DNA of 59,749 nt, filler included, from Sphacelaria rigidula (taxonomy: Eukaryota), in the NCBI GenBank assembly GCA_964200075.2. It is 5 parts of 5 records of this genome, joined end to end, with 100 filler letters (N's around TTAATTAATTAA, not from the genome) between each part and the next. Parts side by side here need not be neighbours in the genome. Positions count along the whole stretch, not along the records: positions 35,914 to 47,781 come from CAXNAA020004398.1; positions 47,882 to 59,749 come from CAXNAA020004399.1; 3 more parts are not named here. The stretch is one strand, 5' to 3'. A program made the position numbers and the translations under genes. Under the pieces are notes generated by a model, which saw only the letters and a program-made list of their open reading frames with translations, searched no databases and was not told where the DNA came from. Of this stretch, positions 38,595 through 50,900 are shown piece after piece (position 1 is the first letter of the stretch; every line of letters begins with the position of its first letter).

Positions 38595-39263
38595 AGAGTT
38601 TGACAAAAAAAAAAGTCGTGTGTCGATTATACACTAGGCTAAGTAAAGCATGTGCCCAAATATTCGGCAGGGAGACAATGCCGGCGATTCCGCCACGTAC
38701 GATAGCTAGCATGGGACGATGAAACACGTCGACGTCTGCGCAGCGTGAGGTCACCCGCTGGGTCGGCGGTATCCGCCTGCACGAGTCCCACACTCCCACC
38801 AGGTGCATTGCACTTTCACCTGCCACGATTCTTTCCGGAACAGTATTATTGTTGGAACGTCATCGTCACATCAAAGATGTCGTAATACGTTGAAAAGTCG
38901 ACCGCACTATTCTCTGTAGTGTAACATTTTCGTTTGCCACTCACGTGAGTATTTTGCGCCGGGTTCGGCACCAGAAAGGTCCCGCAATAATATTGTTCCG
39001 AAATAAGGCTCGGCAGCCGAAGGAGTGCTACGTGTACAGTAGTACAAAAACTACAACTCACTTGGTGGGAGGGTGGGACTCGTGCACGCGGAAAACGCCG
39101 ACCCCACGGGTAATCTCACGCTGCGCAGACGTCTGAGATATTTTATCGTCATATCACAGCTATCATACGTGGCAGAATCGCCGGCACTTCCTCTTTGCCG
39201 AATATTTGGGAATGTGTTGTAGTTAACCTAGTACATTATCGGCACACGACTTTGTCAAACTCT
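38595..39263. mobile_element. ~670-bp foldback element with ~210-bp imperfect inverted arms
   Basis: 38595-38805 is the reverse complement of 39059-39263, e.g. GACGTCTGCGCAGCGTGAG / CTCACGCTGCGCAGACGTC and TGCACGAGTCCCAC / GTGGGACTCGTGCA. Confidence 0.8.
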
Positions 39264-39300
39264 TGTGGGCAAAATACTTTTTTTTTTGCACATTCTAGTT

Positions 39301-39445
39301 GCCAGTCGCCCCGGTGGCTCAGTTGATAACATCGAATCCTTCTGACACTTGGGCCGTGGGTTCGAATCTCGGTGAAGACACACGGCATGGGATCTTTTCT
39401 CACACAACGCCCAATAGTGGAGAGAGACTAGGTCGTTGCGTGCGG
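39301..39445 (+). mobile_element. 5' (tRNA-like) part of the same SINE family
   Basis: GTCGCCCCGGTGGCTCAGTTGATAAC...GTGGGTTCGAATCTCGG...CCCAATAGTGGAGAGAGACTA aligns with 31926-32040. Confidence 0.75.
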
Positions 39446-42400
39446 GACTCCCACATCTGAGAAGAATGGTGATGAACCAAAAGTCAACGGCCAGAGAATC
39501 GTAAAATTGGTCTGGTTTCCTCACAGCTAGCCGATGAACATTCCCAAACGGACTTGGATCCGAAAAATTAATCAATGGGGGAAAATCGCCTGTAGACCGG
39601 CTGAAATCCTAATATTTGTACAAATACGAGTTGGTTGCCATAAAAAATGGTCGAAGTGCTCTGATGTCGAAATTTCACTCCGAAAGTCGAAAATTTGAGC
39701 TACGTGTGGCCTGTGGACTGTTGTCGCACAGCCTTGGTCGGCCCAGCTCGTAGCTGATGTAACTATTGTAACACCGATAGCTTACTCCGGACAAACATGT
39801 GTAGAGCAGCTATCCATATACCTCGAGCTTTGAAAACATGCGCAGATGAGCCACCCTCCTATAGCTCAACCTGGGGACGGATGAGCTAGGTCATGTGGCT
39901 CCTACAGCTAGCTCCCTCTGAGCACGTATGTGCGGAGAACCTGGATACATCGTTCTCTATAGCTCAAGCTTTGTAAACATGTGCCGTAGCTCAAGTCGGG
40001 AAAGCATGTGCAGCTTACGTAGTTCACGTAGCTCATGTTGTTCACCGGCTAGACACCCTCGAAAAGAGTTAGTTCGAGCTGCGACTAGCTCATCTATCCG
40101 GGGGGTGACACATTCACACTTGACCCTTTACCTTCAAGCGTGGGTCACCCGTTCAATCGGAATAATTTTCACGTCAAGTATGATTGTTGGACCCAAATCG
40201 CCCGCCCTACGAAGCGGTCAAGGAATTAAACGAAGGCCTTGTGCGCAGCACGCACCAGTCACCGGTGATAAAACCGTAGCATGCTGCACTGCACCAACTC
40301 AAGATCATCCAAGGTGGTGCTTCGTAAGCGCATTTGGTACCTATACAGGCGAAAATGTATGGTACTCGCACACGGATTTGAGGTACTCGTACTCGTAACT
40401 AACAGGGTGTCCCACGCGACGGTGGATGACACCAGTACGTGGTATATCACCCCCTACGATACTACCCGACGAGTGACAACTTTCGGCTTCGCGTCTACAG
40501 TCCGTAAAGCTTGAGCACAGAGCTCTGGTGGGATACGTAGGGCTTTGTTGGGGCACGTAGTATGGCACAACCCCTGAAAAGACCTCCCGGATCATGTCTT
40601 TTCTGGTCTAGTACCTCATCACTCCCGATCGTAGACACCTCACTCACTGCCGCTGTAAAGAAGGGTATCAGCGGTGGAGTTCAGTTCGATTCGGTAGACT
40701 ATCGTTCTGTGCGGAACAACAGCACAGCGCAGTACTATGGATGCGGCTCACAGAACTACACACGTCTAAATTCCAGTCATTCATGGCGAGTGTGTGACTG
40801 CTGTACCGCACTGTCTGTACCGAACCGCGGGATCATCGTATTTCGGCTGAGTTCAGGAAAGTTTCCAGGTTCAACCGCGGTCAGGGCAGTATCAAGCTGT
40901 GTGCTACACGTGAGTGCTGTCGAAGCCTAGCTTCAGGATTTGGGTCGCATATTCACCAGTCCACAGTTCTAAAACTCAAAATCTTTCTTTTTAATAAGTG
41001 ACTCCGTACCTTCATTATCGTCCATCACATCAGCAAGACAGGGACCGTCACTGGTGCCATGTAGAGTACCAGATTCTACCTGCTACACAAAACAAGACCT
41101 TTTCTGAAGCCATCGTGGAGCAATAATCAGATTGGAAAATGACACAAGAAAATACCGATTGGGTTACACAGGCTGTGTGTTTTGTAGTTTGTGTGTTCGC
41201 TAACTTCCCTCCGTGTGTCCTTGAGGAGGTGCACAGCTGAGGTGGGTTGTAATGGTGATATAACTACCTTTATCATATGGGTAAGTACCTTTCATCAGGG
41301 TAGATCAAGGTGATCCTAGTCGTGCAGGAACCGTACACAACATGAACGTTGGGGCCAAGCCGCGGAATACGTCATGATTGTTATGCAATGATCAATGATC
41401 CCTTTTAGGGTGAGACGTCAAGTCATGATTTGCCATGTTATCAAGCGGCATCGCACGCCGTACCGTAGAGGCAATGTGAAGTAGACCAATATGTCTCTGG
41501 TACGGGATTTTTCTGCTGCCGCACTACTGTTGTCTGAGTAGTTGGGATAGTTTCAGCTTTGGTGCCACGGCTAAGTTGAAATACACCGCCTCCCGCCTGT
41601 CGCATGTTTGGCCACTGCAGGTATTCATTTGTACTGTTTTGTACGGCATACAGCAGTAGGTAGTATGTTGGACAGAACGGTACTGTGCACGGTGCTCAGC
41701 TCAAAACTTTGCTGATAGTAGTATATTGTAAGTAGCGCGTAGGGGCTAGTGTCGACTCGTGTAGTATTTACGGGCTCCTAGCTCGGCGCGAATTTCCCGA
41801 CGCCATTTTATACCGCGATCCAAGTTCGGAGTTAAACTGATGACCGCGGGAGCTAGGAGTCATCTGCGTGCCTCCTGGAGTGATCGCTGCGGTAAAGCTA
41901 TACTGCTGTACTGACTGATGTTGGTAGCCTTGGTCAAATCTAGAAACCCACGGCGGGCGCCCCCATCAGTTGCGGCACAACCCACAAGAGTACCGTACAG
42001 CTCAGTAACACCTGTAGCACCTGCGACTCCTTCAAGTACGGTGAATGGCATAGGGCAAATGTTGCCCACCCCGCGCACCGTTTGCAAACATTAGAGCACG
42101 TGTAGAAAAAGTATCATGTCCCAACCTCGAACGACGGCGGCAGATTCGGCTCTTGACTGCCGTTTTGATATCTGTCACACTCAGCAGCTCAACTTCCGTT
42201 CATTCCATTTCGGCCGCGTTTCTGCGGTGGCGGTACGTTTTTATCTCTTATGCTCATGCCTTTGTCGACGGAGTTAGCTGGCGAAAGTTTGCTGACTTCG
42301 ACTTGAGGGGAACTGGCTGGCTTGGAAGTGCACAGTTCGCGCGTCGCCGTTCCAAATAAAAGAGGCAGACCAGTTGCCGGGGATCAGCTTGATTTGAACG

Positions 42401-42661
42401 TCGGGGGGGGGGGGAGAGGGCGCTTGCGCAGCCAGCTGGATTCATCACCGACAGCAGTGGCAGGAGCACGCATGCGTGATGATAGGCAAAGGTGTAAAGC
42501 GCCCGCTAGCGAGAACCGACAGCACTAATCATAAAGCCAACCACACGTCATGTGCCTTGTGGCGACCTGATGACCGAAATCCCGAGCTAGTGCACCGACA
42601 ACAACGCTCCGGTTTGTATCATCGAGCAAAACAACGGGTTGCAGCAATCGCACCAGAGTCG

Positions 42662-44267
42662 ATGGCGTTGACACCACCAAAGCCACCGTCGAATCCCTAC
42701 TGCCGCGGCTGCCGGCGATGGCAAAGGAGATCCGCCGCTGCATGGCGTCTACTTTTGGGCCTCCACTTCCTCGGCTTCATGGCCTGTCCCTGTCGAGGAT
42801 TCCCCCCTCAAGGGCCAGGCACGCTCCGCCCGGGAGGTACGCTGTTTGGACGACGAACGGTAGGTCCTAATTGCGTCGGTGCCCGTAGGAAACACGTTGG
42901 ATTTGCGCCTCTGCGTGCGCGGCGGTGTACGGGATCGGCAGAGGGACGAAGCCCTGCCTCGGCGCGGGAGGGCGGAGTGGGTGGGCGATGGAGACCAAGA
43001 GATCGAAGGCGTACGACGACAATGATAGGCGGTCGGTTTTCGTGGCTTGAAAATGGCGGCGGCAGCGATGGCAGCGGTGGCGACTGGATTAGTGCAACAG
43101 CCTGCCAGTCCACCCTCACCCCCAGCGCGCCGGAGGAACGCCGCGGGCCGCTCCTGCTACTCTACAGCAAGGGCCTCCTCGGTGGCACGGGAGCCCCAGG
43201 CGCCGCGTTGGCAGGGACGGCCACCCCCGCTCGAAGCGGCGGTGACAAGACGAAGGACGACGCTTCTGTGGCGACATCCTCCTCACCCTCCTCCGTCGTG
43301 CCCTGCGATGACGGGGGTCCCGCCGCCGTCGAAGAGATCAGCCGCCGCCGCCGCCGCCGCCCGGAATCCTCTGGTAGCCCGCCAGTGAGTGACATCGTCG
43401 GAGCGCAAACTTTCACCGCGCGATGGGCGGACGTGGTGAATAGAGCGACTATTTCGAACGGGGCGCCGCAAGCAGCACAGGCCGGAGAGCAGAATACCGC
43501 GGCGGCTCCGACGCCATCCGGCACCGGTCGAAAATGGTCGGGGAAGGATTGGACGCCGCGACCGAAGGACGAGAACGTGCCGATTGGCCCCGCAAGGAAG
43601 TGGACGGCCAAGATTTGGAACAGTGGCAGTAGCGGGGCTAGTTGGAGGGCCGGAGATGCGTGGTCGGAACCGCGAGAGGCGACAGCGGACGCGGGTATGG
43701 CATCCACGTCTGCTGTAGGGACTGGGGCATCGGTTGCGGTCGCGAGACAGGAGTCTACAGCGGGCACCAGCGCCGGGATCGAAACGGTTGTCGTAACCAC
43801 CGTGGAGTATAGTAGAGATCGGGGGATCACGATGGACGAACTAGCTAGTGGAAGTAGACGTGCTGTTAACGAGAGCGCCTGGTCGGTGGAAACGTCGGAC
43901 GAGCTTCCCCCTATTTCTTTCCGGTTGGAGCGATCGGGCGACTTGGGTGAAACTGGCGCGGTGGTGGTGGCGGCTGCTGCTGCTACAAGGAGCGAAAGGC
44001 GAAGCTGGAGAGCGTGGTGCGGACCCACACGAGCGAGCGACCTTTGTGATGTTTCGCTACCGGAGGGAAAGAAGGAGAAGGGAGACGTTTACGCGACGGC
44101 TAGGGAGGAGCTGACGGTGTATTTGTTGGCCACGGGGGCAACCCACTACGAGGTGGCCGGCGCGGCATCCGCGCTAATCGCAGTACAGCCCGACTTGGCG
44201 TTGACGGGGTCGACGTGGAAGAGATGGAGGGACAACTTGGAAGGGTTGAGACGGACGGGTTTTACAG
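42662..44267 (+). CDS. Long first exon of a protein with a probable signal peptide and plastid transit region; function unknown
   Basis: Within the 718-codon ORF 42476-44632. ATG 42662, hydrophobic WRLLLGLHFLGFMACPCRG followed by FP and an Arg-rich segment. Coding-like composition ends at donor CAG|GTACGA 44268. Confidence 0.7.
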
Positions 44268-46019
44268 GTACGAATGACGGGAGACTCGATGGCGATGTGT
44301 TTTGGGAGGTTGGGGAACAGTTGCGACTGCTGCTGCTGTTGTTGCAGCGGCGGCAGATGTTAGCAGCGGCAGATGTAGCAGCGGTTCATGCTCAAGTACA
44401 AAAAAAAGTGCTTCATGATTATGACAAGCATGAGTATCCCAACATAATTCCGAATGCGGGAGAACAGATTTGTGATTGTCTATGTACCGGATTTCAAAAG
44501 CGTCAGAGTTTGCAGCTTTTTGTTTCAGCAGAGACGGAAGATGTCTTGCGTCGAAGCATTACGTTGTCACACGAATTCGATGGGGAAAATATCTGCGGGA
44601 CTGCGTACGCACCGTGCGTGCTGCGTACCTAATGGCACGAGGGCGATGCCGCGATGCATTTGTCGTCCTGTCGTTCCTTGTCTTTGTTCCCCGTCAGATT
44701 TCTCAGCAATTAATTTCGAAACTTCGTCGACTCTTTCTTACATCATCGCTCACAGAAACTGTCGAGATTTTTTAAGAATGAAAGTCAGTCGCCTTGTACG
44801 GTCAGCGAGGCTCTCCCCCTGATGTGGCGTATCTAAAGAAATACGCATGCTCTCATGAATCCCACCGTCACGCCTTTGCGGCAATTTTGAAAGGCGAATA
44901 TGGTCGGATTGCCTGTGGCCGACGACGACTGGTCGTTGGCATGGGTTGGACGTAGGGAATGCCAGCTATGGTTTGATTGAGGATTATATGGGTGGACTCG
45001 TGTCGAATGACCTGCTAATAATCGAGCCGCGGTCCCAATGTTCATGTACGCGAGCTAGATGGACGGCAAGCACTCGCTGAAGGGGGTGAGATGGACGAGA
45101 ACTCGACGAAAGCATACGAGCTGGTTCACGCTCATCACCCAAAAAACACTTATCGGCAAAACCCGACGCCGTTTTGAGTTAGACCCTGAAATTTTGCATA
45201 AATTTGCTCTGGATCATCACGCAACTTTCGAAGGTCGAGTATTTTTTGCCCGTTTTTCGGGGGTCTCAGTTTTTCGGGGAAACTATGATCCAGTCGTACC
45301 CCCGTAAAACGGTAAAAAAATGAAGATATGAAAAACCTCGTTCATTCAAAGTTGCGCGATGACCCATAGCACATTTGTGTAGAATTTCAAGTTTTTCGCT
45401 TCTGTGCGATGAACTTCCCCGTGCCACGGTGAAACCGCAAAATACTCGCTTTAGTATAATAATGGCGATTTTGGGCCTGCTTTGACGTGAACATTCAAAT
45501 TCAAGGATCAGTTAATCGAGTTTGGCCACGAAACTTTGTGGGGCCCTTCCTCGGGTTATGCGGCGACAAATCGTTCGCGAAAAAATGAACAAAAAAATGC
45601 AGGGCCCGTTTTCTCCTTCGCCAGTGTAGACTCCTGCGTTTTTTTGCGGGGAGAACAGTGGGAGGAAGGGTGTAACGTATGACCCGGATTCCCTCCCCCC
45701 CCTCCCCAAGTGCATGATAACAAGTACGCTTGGGGCCGAAAAATCTTGGCAGGATGTAGCTCACCCTTCATGAGACTCGCCAAACACATGACGACGCTTC
45801 GCGCTTGTGATGGCGACCCTGGTCCGGCGAAAACCGGGCGTGCTCCGTCCCGGCTTCGTAGAGATGCGGGGTCAACGGCCTTATGACCACGGCATGCAGG
45901 ATCATGAGTGTATCCCCACCCCACCCCACCCCACCCCCCCGAGATTGGTGGTGCTCGCCAATAAATCAAGTCTGGAAAGTGAAATAATTTTTTGTTGGGT
46001 ACATTTGCAAGGTTGTGTT

Positions 46020-46440
46020 TCGCAGGGTACGGTTTCTGTATACCCGGGGTCTTTTGCCGGGTATTCACCGTACCCGACAGTTCTGTGACTTTTGTACGAT
46101 TTTCATACCGGTACCCGACTGTTCTGTAATCTATCTAAGACTCCCGTACCGTCACTGGGGGGCACGGGTACGCTCTTGATGAGGTACCCGGTTGCGAATA
46201 CGGTTTCCTGTGCAACCTCCATACTCTACCCGACAGTTCTGTGACTTCTGTATAGAATGTTCACCAGTACCCGGAGCGCGGGTATGCTCTTGAAGAAATA
46301 CCCGATTGCCGGTACGGTTTTTCTGTCAGCCTCCCATACCGTACCCGACAGTTTTGTAATTTCTGTGAGACTTTCATAACAGTACCCGATATTTCTATAT
46401 GTTCTGCAAAGAATCTCATACCCTATAGAATATACCCGCT
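46020..46440. repeat. Degenerate short tandem array rich in TACCCG / GGGTA motifs
   Basis: TACCCGACAGTTCTGTGACTT-like unit recurs near 46071, 46112, 46227, 46342 and 46383. Confidence 0.6.
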
Positions 46441-47479
46441 TGTTTGCACGGTTCGGACAGATCATTGCCGGTTCGAATCACCAAATCCACGATTTCTTAG
46501 GCCTGATTGTTCGAAAGAGAGAAAAAAGGTGACTGCTGGTCAAACAGGTCTCCACGCAACTTTTGCGCCATTTCATGTGCCTGGGCTGCGCGTACCTGGC
46601 TTGCAACGCCGAAAACAAAGCCTAAGGATTGATTCGTACGGTACGAATCAATTACACTAAAATCAAGTGATTCCCAGACGAATCATCAACTCGTCCGACC
46701 GTTGCAACCTTGTACATTTGTTGCTCACAACGCAGTGTGCGCGACTCCCCACCACATGGAGGGAAGATAGCTAATTATCGATAACGAGCACTTCAACTAA
46801 CTCCTCAAAACTTTATATCGCCATGGTATAAAACGAGAACCCAGCCTACCACACAGCGACATCGCATGTTTTTTCAACCCTACATCAGGAAGGTACGAGA
46901 CACGCCGTCTCGCCTTCATCATGCCCGGCTTGCCCACCGTGCGGACTTGCCGGGACGTGTTGACGTAGAGTAGTCGCATGGACGCAAACATCGACCTGCA
47001 ATCTCAGCAATTGACGGCGTGAAGAACATGTTCCGCACCTCCCTTTGACGAGTCCTTCCGTACGTTGCAAAACCCAATCGGAGAACCCCCCTCTACGGCG
47101 CATTTTCGGAACCTCTAGGGGGGGGGGGTTCCCCACGCCAATCCTCACGGAGTCGGGCGCATTGGTTGCTCCGAAATTCTACCACGCGATGCACCACAAC
47201 GATGACCGTGTAGAGACAGCACCAGTAGCCCCCGTGGTCCCGAACTCGTTTTTCTCCTCAAAAATATGTGGACGTGATGCCGGAAGGAGGATACGGCAAG
47301 TCGTCTGCCAGAACTGAATCCCCGGGGGTTTCGTGGGACTTCCTCGTAATGAAGCATATATATTGAACTCGTCTTTTTCTGGACAATGACAGTGTTCGTT
47401 ACAAAACTGATCGCTGTACCGATTGTGTGAGTGGAACATGTCGAGACCTCTGTGCAGATCCGCGTGTTGGGGTGTATTT

Positions 47480-47610
47480 GTGTTGGGGTGTGTTTTATTG
47501 TCATCCCATCTATTCCTTTTTGTAGATGTGGGCGCATCAGCCAGGGTCACATAGGAGGAAGATCAACACAGGAGTACTTTTTTTTTAAGTACTCCACCTT
47601 CCTTCTGGTG
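47480..47610 (-). mobile_element. 3' fragment of the SINE, reverse orientation
   Basis: ATGTGGGCGCATCAGCCAGGGTCACATAGGAGGAAGATCAACACAGGAG is the reverse complement of the SINE 3' body. Confidence 0.7.
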
Positions 47611-47781
47611 TGTCTGGACCGCAATAATTGCAACATCAATTTGATTTTAGCCTCGATATCTTCTCACGGAGATGCTGGATCAATCTCGTTTTCCCTTCGA
47701 TGGTATACAGAAATTCGCTTGCGGCCTTCACCTGAGCGCCGACTCCCACCCCCCCCCCCCCCCCCCCTCCCACCTGGGGGC

Positions 47782-47881
47782 NNNNNNNNNNNNNNNNNNN
47801 NNNNNNNNNNNNNNNNNNNNNNNNNTTAATTAATTAANNNNNNNNNNNNNNNNNNNNNNNNNNNNNNNNNNNNNNNNNNNN
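47782..47881. other. Artificial contig spacer
   Basis: Same 100-bp spacer. Confidence 0.98.
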
Positions 47882-47939
47882 AAGTGCGTATATAATAGGG
47901 AAAGAAAAAAAAGACTAAGCCCCCCCCCCCCCCTTTTGT

Positions 47940-50900
47940 TTTGACCTACCATCACACAGCCCGGTCATGGACATAAAATGAAGAAGGTAACCCTTTTTTT
48001 TTCGTCACCTACCATAACACAGCCCGGTCATGGATATGAAATGAAGAAGGTAACCCGTTTTTTTTCATCACCTACTATAACACAGCCCGGGTATAGACGT
48101 GAAATAGAGAAGCTATCCCTCGTTTCTCTTCAACCTACCATAAGACAGCCCGGGCATGGACATGAAATAGAGGCGTTCACCCTCCTTTTTATTTACCGTA
48201 ACATTATACAGCCCGGACATGAATATAAAATTAAGGAGCTAACCATGCCTTTTCTTTGACCTACCAGAAGACAGCCCGGACATGGACATGGAATAGACAA
48301 GCTCACCATTGTTTTTTTCAACCTACCAGGAGACAGCCCGGACATAGCCGTGGAATAGACAAGCTAATCCTTTTCTCTAACCTACCATGGCACAGCCCGG
48401 ACATGGACATGGAATAGAGATGCTGACCCTCTGTTTCTCTAACATACCATAATACAGCCCGGACATAGACATGGAATGGAGAAGCTAGCCCTCCTTTTTC
48501 TTCAACCGACCATGACACAGTCCGGATATAGGCGTAAAATAGAGAAGGTAAGAACCTTTTGATCCAACGTACCATAATGCAGTCCGGGATATAGACATGG
48601 AATAGAGGGGCTCACCCTCCTTTTGATGCAACCTACCATCACACAACCCGGACAAGGACATGAAATGAAGAAGTTCAACTTTTTTCTTTGAACCTACCAG
48701 AACACAGCCCGGACATGAACATGAAATGAAGAAGCTAACCACGCTTTTCCCTCAATCTACCATACACAGCACGGACGTAGACATCGAATATAGAGGCTAG
48801 CCCTCTTTTTTATTTGACCCACCAGCACACAGCCCGGACATGGCCATGGAATGAAGAAGCTGACCCTCCTTTTTCTTTGACCTACCAGAACACAGCCCGA
48901 ACATGGACATGAAATAAAGGAGCTGATCCTCCTTTTCCCCGTAACCTACCAAAACACAGCCCGGACATAGACATGGGCTAAAGAAGCTAACCCTCCTTTC
49001 TCTTTCACCTATTCCAGAATACAGCCCCGACATGGACGTGGAGTTGAGAAGATTACTCTCCTTTCTCGTTGACCCACCAAAACACAGCCCGGACAAAGAC
49101 ATGAAATGAAGAAGGTAACCCTCCTCTTTTTCAACCTACCAGAACACAGCCCCGGATATAGTCGTGAGATAGAGAAGCTGACACTCCTCTTCCTTTCACC
49201 TACAATGATACAGCCCGGACATAGCCATGGGATAGACTAACTAGCCCTCCTTTTCCCTTCACCTACCATGGCACAGCCCGGACATGGACATGGAATAGAA
49301 AAGCTGATCCTCCTTTTTCTCTAACCTACCATAATACTCCATGGACATAAACTTGAAATGGAGAAGCTAGCCCTCCTTTTTCTTCGACGTAGGGGAACAC
49401 AGCCCGGATATAGGCGCGTAATAGAGAAGCTAAGCTTCCGTTTTATCCCACGTATCATAATACAGTCCCGGATATTGACATGAGATAGAGCAGCTCACCC
49501 TCCTTTTTCTTCAACCTACCTGAGCATAGTCCGAACAAAGACGTGAAATGAAGAAGCTCACCCTCCTTTTGTTTCACCCATCAGAACACAGTCCGTACAT
49601 ATTTAGACATGAAATGAAGAAGCTAACCATGCTTTTTCTTTAACCTCCCACCGCACAGCCCGGGCGTAAACATGGAATGGAGAGGCTGGCCCTCCTGTTT
49701 CTTGAACCTACCATAACACAGCCCGGACAAAGACATGAGATGAAGGATGTAACCCTCTCTTTTCTTCAACCTACCATAACACAGACCGGGTATAGACGTG
49801 AAATAGAGAAGCTAACCCTCCTTCTTTTTTAACTTACCAGAACACAGCCCGGACAAAGACATGAAATGAAGAAGCTAGCCACGCTTTTACTTAGCCTACC
49901 ATGACACAGTCCGGACGTTAGACATGGAATATAGAGGGTAGCCCTCCTTTTTCTTCGACCAACCAGAACTCAGCCCGGACATAGCCATGGAATGAAAAAG
50001 CTCGCCCTCCTTTTCGTTGAGCCTACCAGAACCCAGCCCGGACGCAGACATAGAGTAGAGAACCTAACCCTCCTTTTTATTCGACCCACCATAACACAGC
50101 CCGGACATACACATGGAATGGAGAAGCTAGCCCTCTTTTTTCTTCAACCGATCATGACACAGCCCGGATATAGGCGTGAAATAGAGAAGCTAAGTTCCTT
50201 TTGATTCAACGTACCACAATCCAGTCCCGAATATCGACATGGAATAGAGAAGCTCCGCATCCTTTTTTCAATCTACCAGAACACAGCCCGGACAAAGACA
50301 TGAAATGGAGAAGCTAACCACGCTTTTTCTTCAATCCACCATACACGGCCCGGACGTAGACATGGAAATAAGGCTCGCCCTCCTTTTCTTCGACCTCCCA
50401 TAACACAGCCCGGACATAGTCATGGAATGAAAAAGCTCACCCTCGCTTTTCTTTTACCTACCAGAACACAACCCGGATATGGACATGAAATGAAGAAGCT
50501 AACTCTCCTTTTTCTTCAACCTACCAGAACACAGCCCGGACATAGCCATGGAATAGACAATCTAACCCTCTTTTTTCGCTGACCTGCCATGACCCAGCCC
50601 CGACATGGACATGGAATAAAGAAGCTAACCCTCCTTTTTCTTTCAGCTACAATGACACAGCCCGAGCATGGACATGGAATAGACAAGCTCACCTTCATTT
50701 TTCTTTCACCTAGCACAACACAGCCCCGGACATAGACATGAAATGGAGAAGCTAGCCATCTTTTGTTTTCACCAACCAGAACACAGCCCGGACATAGCCA
50801 TGGAATAGTCAAGCTACCCCCCTTTTTCTTGAACCTGCCATGACCCAGCCCCGGGATGGACATGGGGGTTAGGAGCTGACCCTTCTTTTTTCTTAACCTA

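Noticed and set aside
44268..44632. 3' part of the 718-aa ORF as coding
   Set aside because: Follows a good splice donor and shifts to intron-like composition; probably read-through into an intron.
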